Positions 53,821 through 64,000 of a DNA stretch of 64,000 nucleotides are shown here, piece by piece; positions within the stretch are counted from its first letter, which is position 1, and each line of letters opens with the position of its first letter. A program made the position numbers and the translations under genes. The notes below the pieces were generated by a model. It saw only the letters and a program-made list of their open reading frames with translations. It did not search any database and had not been told where the DNA came from. The stretch covers positions 85,002,001 through 85,066,000 of the forward strand of contig NC_043002.1 of NCBI RefSeq assembly GCF_006345805.1, written 5' to 3'. This DNA is from Octopus sinensis (Eukaryota).

Positions 53821-54794
53821 TAATATGAATCATCATGAAATGTCTTTTTCCAGGTAGTGCTATTAAGCTAGACATGGCCTGGACCAATTCTGGTCGAAAC
53901 TTATCTAAGTATGTGCGTGTGTTGGGAGGGGTTCATGCATGCTTTTATATGTATACTAATCAAGTCTGTTATATACACTGGTACTTATTGACCCCGAAAG
54001 AAGAGGTACACTTGACCTAAGTAAGATTTGAACTCAGAACGCAAAGAGCTAGAACAAATACTGCAAACATTCATTTTATCATAACCCTAACAACTCCGCC
54101 AGTTCATTGCATTTGACTTATTTGCCTCTTTTTAAAAAGCAGCATAACAAAATATCGCAGGCCATTATGCTCGGCTCCCTTCCAGCTCTGACTACAGTCT
54201 GTCGCCCTAATGCTCGACCGATTCTAAAAATATCTTGAAGATCCACTGATTTGGTCAATGTCGAACCGCCTTACAATCAGACTCTATCTTCAAGCGACCG
54301 CAGCCGAGACACATTTCACTATGCCACGCCAGGATTCTCTGTATCACCTTTGGAAGGTTCTCAATTTCATGTTATGCATCTTTGCGAATAACATTCGTGT
54401 AATTAAATTGTCTTCGTCTTGTATTAAAGGATGGAAAATTTCCAAACTATAGCATCCAGTATACTTGATATTTAGGTGTTAAAACACGACAGTAATAGCA
54501 AACAAAGCCTGCACTGTGAAGTTTTGATACAGCACTTTATTTTATTGACCCCAGTATTTTGATTAGTACTTAATACAATCTACACTGTAAGTATGTACGG
54601 AAAGATTTTTTCCTTCTTGCACCAAAGATTACATCGGTAGGATTTGAACTCAGAACGTAAAGAGGTAGAGGAAATACCGCAAACGTTTTCTGAATCTGCT
54701 AAATATCTTCTTAATTAAAAAAAAAAAAAGGATATTAAATAATCTTTTCTGAGAATTCATTAAATAAAGATGTCCTTGACATTTCCAGGCTTAC

Positions 54795-54840
54795 CTCTCA
54801 GTCTGGTGGAATTGTTGCCGTTGGTGCTCATTTTTAACAT
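54795..54840 (-). CDS. Host-gene start-codon exon (MLKMSTNGNNSTRLR, ends in phase 1)
   Basis: ATG at 54840 and 54831 (AAAAATGA). Donor GAG/GTAAGC at 54795/54794. Possible acceptor after a pyrimidine tract (CCCATAG/) at 54962/54961. Confidence 0.6.
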
Positions 54841-55072
54841 CTCTAGGCTGGTGTGCGTCAGAAATGCATAGGCAGAGAGAAAATTCCGGGAGGCTGCAAT
54901 TTTTGTGGTTGAAGGATTGACGCAAAAATATTCAGTATGATAACATAGGAGGTGAAACACACTATGGGAGTCTCGATAAGAAGGAAGAAGAGGAAAAGAG
55001 AGATGAGAGATGAAATGTGTTACGCCTGAGTGGAGACTGCTACTACTACTACTGCTGCTACTGCTGCTGCTG

Positions 55073-55130
<58 letters not shown>

Positions 55131-55814
55131 CTATAGGTGAGAAGAACGGAGGCTATAGTATTAGCGGGAGCTGGAGAGAGAAGAGAGATACGACACATCG
55201 GAAGCGTTAGAAACTTTGTTGGTCACTGTATTTTTGTCAACCAGATGGATGGCCTCTTGGAATTTGTCGGCTACTACTACTACTGCTGCTACTACTACTG
55301 CTACTGCTACAACTACTACTACTACTGCTGCTGCTACTACTACTATTACTACTGTTGCTACTACTACTACTATACTACTACTACTACTACTACTACTACT
55401 GATGCTAATACTACTACTACTGCTACTACTACACATAGCGATAATGTTAATGATAGCGATATCAGCAGCAGAGACACCCTCTGCTTGTCTATGTATTTCT
55501 GTTTCACTCTCTCGTGGTGTTCATATCGTTATTGGCTCACCTGTATTATTCAATGCGCACACACAGGCAAGCAGATGTGTATGCATGCATGCATGTATGT
55601 ATGTATGTATGTATGTATGTATGTATGTATGTATGTATGTATGTATGTATGTATGTATGTATGTATGTATGTATGTATGTATGTATGTATGTACGTACGT
55701 ATGTATGTATGTATGAGTGTATGAGTGTATGCATGTATGTGTATACGTGTATATATATATAATATAACATTATATATATATGTATATCTATGTCTATATA
55801 TGTATATGTATGTC

Positions 55815-55845
<31 letters not shown>

Positions 55846-56063
55846 GTGTGTATGTATGTATGTATGTATGATATGTATGTACGTATATATATATATATAT
55901 ATAATATATATATAATATATACACACACACACACTCAAACAGACTTCAAATAAGTTCTGAAAAAACATACGAAAATGTGCGCGATGTACGTGAGTATGTG
56001 TATACATACATACAGACACACACACACATGCATGCATGCATGCATACATACATAGATTCATGC

Positions 56064-56096
<33 letters not shown>

Positions 56097-56139
56097 AAAT
56101 ATATATACACACAATATATAATCTATAATTTATATATAT

Positions 56140-56234
<95 letters not shown>

Positions 56235-56750
56235 AGCACACAAATTACACGAGTATATAGCAATATATATGTGAGTGTACATGAACCGTGTACATGTGCT
56301 TATATAAATATTTAATCATATGTTTTTTTTGTATTCATATATATTTGATGTGTGTGATTATGTATATATTTAATAGTGTTGATGTGATATATATATATAT
56401 AATATACGTTTACACATACATACAAACACATGTATGAATGTATGTATGTATGTATGTTTTTTATGTATGCATGAATGTATGTATGTATTTATGTATGCAT
56501 GAATGTATGTTTGTATGCATGCATGTAAGTATGTATGTATGTATGTATGTATGTATGTATGTATGTATGTATGTAGCCTTATGTATATGCAGTGTGTGTA
56601 AATACAGAGACATATACGGAAATATATACAAAGATACTGACTTACACACACACACATAAATATATACGTGTATTCATGTAAATAAATTGTAAATAAATAT
56701 ACTTATATACACACACACATACACACACACATACACACACACGCACGCAC

Positions 56751-56794
<44 letters not shown>

Positions 56795-57709
56795 CAATAT
56801 TTATAAATACACACATGCATGCATACAACATACATACATACATACATACATACATACATACATACATACATACATCGAAGGAGGTTCGGCAGATCGTGAC
56901 CGTATGTAGGAATGAAAAATAGACATTGCCATCATAAAGGAATTTGAAAAGATGTTTTCTGGAAGTACATTCGATAGAAACCTCTCACAGAGTAACTGTG
57001 AGAGAAGAGAAGGAAGAGGGTAAAAAAAAAAGCGAAATTAGTTTGAAAAAATATATAAAATATAAAAACAAATAAAATAAAATAAGACATAAGAGAAATT
57101 ATGAAAGAAGAAAGAAAGAGGAAAAACGAAAAAAAAAATGAGTGAAAAAAATGGTAAAAAGAATGAAAATACAGAAATCAAGATAGACAAAAGTACACGA
57201 AGAATTGGAAAGGAAATCGAATTTATTAGAAAAGAATGCATATATTTCTTTCTAAATTAGAAGTTAAAAAAAAAATAGTAATGATGAAAAAAAATTCCAG
57301 AATGGGAAAATATAAGGAAGAGACAAAGAAAGTAAGAAAAACAGAAAGGAGGGAAAGGAAGAAAGAAAGAAGCAAAGAAGGGAAGAGAGAGAGAGAGAGA
57401 GAGAAGAAAGGAAAAGAGAAAAAGAAGAAAGGGAGCAAGACAGAAAAGAAAGTATATAATGAAAAATACATACTTTTCCAAATCTGTTATTCCTGTCAAC
57501 ATGTTTAGAGAGTGGCGTGTGTGTGTATGTATGTATATACATACATACATACATACATACATATATGTATATATATATATATATACATACATATACACAC
57601 ACACACACACACACAGAGAAATATATGTGTGTATGTGTGTGTGCATGTATGTATGCGTTTATGTTTATGTCCGTTTTCAGGCATGCCAAAATGTTTGCCT
57701 GCGACTCTT

Positions 57710-57746
<37 letters not shown>

Positions 57747-57794
57747 AAATATAAATACGCCCATACACGAAACTGTATGCATTTAAGCTAGATG

Positions 57795-57838
<44 letters not shown>

Positions 57839-57887
57839 TGAAGAAGATGCCAGATATAAATTCTAAATATATATATATATGTGTGTG

Positions 57888-57985
<98 letters not shown>

Positions 57986-58078
57986 TATTTACACACACTT
58001 ATATACACGAATACTCACACATACACACTCGCGCATTACACACAGGGACACATATTTGTGTGTGTATATATATATATA

Positions 58079-58973
58079 TAGGTTGGGTGAAAAGTAGGTA
58101 GGCATTAAAAATTGGTATTAAAATCCATATTCCTTTTAGAAATCTATTGAAACAAATGATACATCTTTATTACATAGGAAAACGAAAGTGAAGCTTCATA
58201 TTTCAACGTTAGCACCGGTAGCATCAACCACCTTCCATCAAACGGCCAGGGATGGGATGAAAAACCTTCTGAAGGACGTCATCTGGGATATCATTGAGAA
58301 CCTCCTGAATCTGTGTTTCCAAGTCCTCCGGTATACAACGTTTTGTCTTCTACACCTCTTTTGTGTAACCCCACAGGTAAAAATCACATGGAGTTAGATC
58401 TGGACTTCTTGGTGTTCTGGACTTCTGGCCTTCTACGGTCACAGTCTTCAGGTTTTAGTTCCTGCACCTAATGTGGTTTCCACGGACGAAAATTCAATCC
58501 TTTATACAACATCGTACGTATTGTGTGTTTTGTTAGGTCACTTTCACGAGCTGCTTGACATGTTGATTTTTGCGGGCTGCGATTAAACATTTCCTGCACT
58601 TTTGCCACGTACTCCTGTGATCGGGATGTGGTTGGAAAACCACTTCTTCTTGCATCGTTCACAGAGCCCGTGGTCATCAGCTTTGCATGACAACTTTTCA
58701 TTGTCTCTGGACGTAGCATTGCATGCCTGCCTTTCCATGCACTCCACCAAACAAAACAATGGAATTCCATACTTCATAGCATGTTGTTATCTTAGCTCCC
58801 TCCTGAACAGTCAAGCGACCAGCCATCTGGAAACCAAGAAATAAGAAATAAAGCAATAAGAAAATAAGATGTTCCTATTAGTGTTGTCTGTTTAAAAAAT
58901 GTTTTCGTCATTACTTCAGTGATATTAAAAAATCTATCAGCAATTCGTAATACCTAGTTACTTTCCACCCACC

Positions 58974-58976
<3 letters not shown>
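58079..58976 (-). mobile_element. Complete internally deleted Tc1/mariner (rosa/DD41D-like) element, copy 3
   Basis: Imperfect TIRs at both ends (GGTTGGGTGAAAAGTAGG / CCTAGTTACTTTCCACCCACCTTG). FNRSPQKSTCQAARES...FRPWKPH is joined to RSPDLTPCDFYLWGY. Confidence 0.85.
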
Positions 58977-59014
<38 letters not shown>

Positions 59015-59172
59015 TAAAAAAAAACATTGCTAATGTATCGACTTCTGCTTAAATAAGAAAATAGAACGAGGATTGTCAATTTCACTTTATCACCAGATTT
59101 GTGTGTGTGTATATATATAAAAATATATACATATATTCACGTGTGTGCGCACTCACATGTGTATGTGTATGC

Positions 59173-59224
<52 letters not shown>

Positions 59225-59228
59225 ATAC

Positions 59229-59400
59229 CTCAGATAACCTACGATTAGGCCAGGAAATGTCTAATTTATAGCACTACCTGATGATTTCTTTTTTTTAGTA
59301 TCATAGTTCGGGAAGCCATAACTAACACATCTAGGTAATTGTTGTGGGCCGAAAGTAACCGGATACAACTGCGTTGTCTTTTTTTTGTTTATTTGTTTTT
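59229..59400 (-). other. Candidate upstream non-coding exon (donor GAG/GTATGC at 59229/59228)
   Basis: Donor directly followed by a (CA)n tract on the host strand, in unique sequence. The 5' boundary is unknown. Confidence 0.25.
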
Positions 59401-59832
59401 CTTTGTTTCTTTTATGCTTTTGCTTATCTTTTTTTCTTGTAAAATATTGGTCTCGGTACCATTCGATTGTTATAGCAAATTTTGTACCATGGTTCTTTTC
59501 GTGAGAGTGGTGAATAAAGCACAACTAGTTGATGCAAAAAATTTTACTGCAATGCGATATGAACGCGCTTTCTGTAGAATATATATGGTATGGCGGGCAG
59601 CCTTCTGTACATTTTAAACATTCTGCCTGGATTGTATGGGCAATGATTATTGCATATATTCCACAAAACATAAAGGATGTAGCACCCACGGGGACATGCA
59701 TATCACAGTCTGCGAGTTTTAAGGCTATTCAAACTAACTTCTTGGATATTTCAGTAGACAGAATATATATATGCATGTACGAGTGTGTATGCATGCATGT
59801 TTATGTATGCGCGCGTGTATATGTGTGCGATC

Positions 59833-59908
<76 letters not shown>

Positions 59909-60552
59909 CTATATATATATTATAATATATATGCACATATACATGTATATGTATTTATGTGGATGTTTGTATATATACGTGTGTGTCTGTGTGTGTTTGT
60001 GATGCGTGCGTGTGTATACTTACAAAATACGTACGCACGTACACGTATACTTACATACATCTACACATACATACATTCATATACATACATACAAGTTATC
60101 TGCAATAGGGATAAACATTTTACTAACACAAACAAGACATTTTTTAGAATACTGTCTTTAGGAAAGAAGTCGATGAGATAGGATAAAGTCATACCTCACA
60201 GTGTTATCATAGAAAAAAAAGCAAGCAGAAGCAGAAAGACATGGAAAGACAGACACACGAACATATGTGGTGTGTGTGTGTGGGTGTGTTTGTGTGATTG
60301 TGGTGTGGTATGGGTGTGTATAATTATATATATTATATATATATATATACCATTATACATATATATATTTATATTATATATATATATATATATAATATAT
60401 TATATATATATAATATATATTATTATATACTATATATGTATATAACATATATATGTAGTATATACATATATATGTATATTCATATATAGAAAAGAATTAT
60501 ATTTTATATTTTGCATAAATATTATATACAATCTCCTCTCTCTCTCTCCCTC

Positions 60553-60592
<40 letters not shown>

Positions 60593-61244
60593 ACAGAGAG
60601 AGAAAGAGAGATGGAGAGAGATGTATATGATATTTAAACAAGATATGAAATATAATTATTTTGTTTATTCGTATCCCAGAAAACATATTCACGCATACGC
60701 ATACACATACACATGCACACACACACACACGCACACGCATACACATGCACACTGATATATATATTCACACAAACAAGCACACACAGAAGCACGAGCACAC
60801 GCGCGCGCGCGAAAGGAGGGGGCGAGAATGGGTGTATTTTTCATTTAGGAACTGAAGAGAAGGTTGCAAATCGAAGGTGAACGACTGAAATTTTGTATGT
60901 GTATATCTGTGTTTTCGGGTGTGCGATACATTATTTATAAATATTTTGTAGACACACACACACCACACACACACACACACTCGCACACACACAAACATAT
61001 ACATAAGGGATGAAAGTGGTATGTATTTTTGCATATGAATATTATATATATATATATATATTTTTCCTTTCCTCTATTTACATAATATTGAGGTCTCTTT
61101 CTTTCTTTTGTTATCTTACCGTTTTTACCAATATATATATATATTTATTTATGCATACACAAATATATATTATACATATATGCATACATGTAATCATATA
61201 TAACTATATACATGCGTTATATATATGTGTAGTATATATTTGTT

Positions 61245-61288
<44 letters not shown>

Positions 61289-61301
61289 GGGAAAAAGAAA
61301 G

Positions 61302-61333
<32 letters not shown>

Positions 61334-61345
61334 GGAAAAAGAAAG

Positions 61346-61378
<33 letters not shown>

Positions 61379-61452
61379 ACGTATATATATATATATACAT
61401 GTATATATATATACATACACACACTGCATACACACATGCACACCACCACACA

Positions 61453-61501
<49 letters not shown>

Positions 61502-61768
61502 ATATATATATCATATATATACATATACTGTATATATACATACAAATATTGGTTATGTGTGCGCATATTGGTTACGTGTGTACAAACTTAGACTCAACGC
61601 TACCGTCTCTATATGTGCCAATGTAAATATCGCAGAAACTATAAACATAAATACTCTTGATACGCATACTGTTTCACTGTAACACACACGCATTCACTCA
61701 CGCATGCGTACACACACACAAAACATGAAAACTATATCCACACGCACACACATCCATACACGCATATA

Positions 61769-61828
<60 letters not shown>

Positions 61829-62674
61829 ATATATATACATACATTCATATATATATATGTATTGCATACATATGTGTATATATACATATATGTTATATAC
61901 CATACACATACATGAGCGTGTCTGTGCGCGCACGTGTTTGTGCGTGTGTGTTTTGTCACTGATATACTCTCAACAAATGTATGCAATCAATTAAAAATAA
62001 AGACATACTCGTAAGCGTAAATATGTGAATAGTTTTATAAAAATGTTCGCTTTTATTCAGTGAAAAGTCTGACTTCAAACAGAGATTTGACACCAAACGT
62101 TGTTAATCTCTGGATTTTAAGAACATTTTTACAGAAATTTAAAACTAAACAAGCATCATTTTTAAACAGTGGAAAAGAAGAGATAAAAAGATGCGAAAGT
62201 GAGGTCAGGAAATGAAGATGGTATTTGGATTAGCGAAGCACGCTGAAGAAGCAAGAAAACCACTTCAGTATCAAGGAATTGCATGATGCGCAGAATTTTT
62301 GTACAAACCTCCAATAGAACACAATATCCGGTACTGCACTTGTTTTATCTGCATATTTTATATGACAGCTCTCTTCTCTTTTTATTATATAATTTCAAGC
62401 ATAATTTTCTTGTGAAGACAAATTGGTTGAGAAGTAAACGCATTGGTTTACAGGTTCGTGAAATGTGTGTTCAAATTCCTTAAAAAGTACCGGGTTTTGT
62501 CTTGGAGAGGGTTATTTATATAGCGACAGGTTAGTATCTTGGATTCGAGGAGAATTTCTTTCTCATTCACTTAATGCCAAAGAAATTGGACTTTTGTGGG
62601 CTTTTAAAAACTAATATTGCTACTGAGTAAAAAGTATATATATATATATATGTATGTGTGGGTGTGGGTGTGTA

Positions 62675-62885
62675 GGCGCAGACGTGGCTGTGTAGTATTA
62701 AGAAGTTCGGTCCCCCCCTGCCCTGCCCCCTGGTCCCCCGGTCCTCCCCGGTCCCACCCGGTCCCACCCCCACGCGTGGCATATTGGGCAAGTGTCTTCT
62801 ACTTTAGCCTCGGGCCAACTAAAACCTTCCAGGCGGTGTCCCAACATGGCTGCAGTCAAATGACTGGAAAAAGTACAACATAAAA
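62675..62885 (+). mobile_element. SINE family 1 derivative with a C-rich expansion in the B-box region
   Basis: GGCGCAGACGTGGCTGTGTAG head, then 62709-62771 C-rich repeats, then GCGTGGCATATTGGGCAAGTGTCTTC core and tail. Confidence 0.7.
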
Positions 62886-63659
62886 GATAAAGGCAGAAAA
62901 ACGCATGTAGGCATAATGAGTATATTTATATAAAATACAAAGTACAAAATAAGGTATACAAAATAAGCAAAATGAGTTATGTAATATTCTTGACAGATAT
63001 CGGATGATCCATGGTTTATATCGTAACCACGTTCATTACGTAAAAAAAGATCCACAGTGTCGTAGGTGTGTGGAATAACATAAGTTCCTATGGATCCGTT
63101 TGGTAGTGCTATACCACGCTTGCTTTAGCCTTCTTCAACTATCTCTCATCTTTTGCCTTTTACTTGTTTCTGTCATTAGACTGCGTCCATGCCGGGGCAC
63201 CGTCTTGGAGAATTTGGAATTTTTAGTCGAACGCAGTACTTATTTTTTTAAATCTGGTACTTATTATATTGATCTTTCTTTCTTTGTCTCTCTTTCTTTC
63301 TTTCTCTCACTTTCCCTCTTTCTCTCTCTCTCTCTCTCTCTTTATGTCTCACTCCTTCGGTCGTCTATCACTCTCTTTTCCTGTCTCTCTTTGTTTCTCT
63401 TTCTTTCTTTCTCTCTCTTTTCTTTCTCTCTCTCTCTCTCTTTACGTCTTCTCTTTCTCTTCTTCTGTCTCTCTCTCTCTCTTTACGTCTTCTCTTTCTC
63501 TTCTTCTGTCTCTTTCTGTCACTCACTTTCTGTAACTTTCTGTCACTTACTCTCTTTCTGTCAATCTTTCTCTTTCTGGCACTCTCTCGTTTTCTCTGTA
63601 ATTCTATCTCTCACTTTCTCTCTCTGCCTCGTTTTGTCACTGTCTCTTATTATAATTAT

Positions 63660-63995
63660 TATAATTATAATAAACAAACAAAACTTCATGTATAAAAAGT
63701 ATCTTTTTTCTACTTCAATTATTACATATTTTTCTCTTATAAAAATATATCATTGCCATTACTATATAGATAAATAAAATAACACATACAGCTAATCTAT
63801 TCTTGTCATATCATAAACAAACACAAGTTCATGTATGATACTGATCTTTATTCTACTTCAATTATTACATGGTTTTCTCTTCTAAAAATACACACATACA
63901 GGAGGAGTAAATTATACATACAATAATACTTTCAATGTGGCTCCAGATAAACAGTAAAAGTAATTACCCGATGACCGACGGGTTTTTTCTGCTAG
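63660..63995 (+). mobile_element. Helitron-like 3' end with an internal ~143-bp-period direct repeat
   Basis: CCCG-N8-CGGG hairpin (63967-63982) then CTAG/T (63992-63996), the same geometry as 6247-6275. 63670-63750 repeats at 63813-63890. Confidence 0.5.
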
Positions 63996-64000
63996 TATTA

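Overview
AT-rich, microsatellite-saturated eukaryotic DNA with one 100-N scaffold gap (14093-14192). The SINE and LINE families look like those of an octopod cephalopod (inference from recalled repeat sequences, not searched). Most of the window is intron-like DNA packed with transposon remnants: tRNA-derived SINEs, a 3.4-kb Tx1-type LINE ORF2, R4/Dong-type restriction-endonuclease LINE fragments, Penelope, several Tc1/mariner derivatives, and Helitron-, hAT-, piggyBac- and CR1-like relics. A large host gene probably runs on the minus strand. Its phase-compatible exons at 54795-54840 and 48781-48932 give a 66-aa N-terminus, a further Thr/Asn-rich coding exon at 14193-14568 is cut by the gap, and several extra donor sites suggest alternative first exons. 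I cannot name the gene. The most notable patterns are microsatellite-associated retroelements: a Tx1 LINE flanked on both sides by (GATA)n, and stacks of same-orientation R4/Dong pieces plus a fixed-length ~540-bp non-coding unit inside (ATT)n tracts. There are also intronic foldback structures that could form dsRNA. No rRNA, true tRNA, CRISPR array or prokaryote-type system is supported. All translations and alignments were done by eye.
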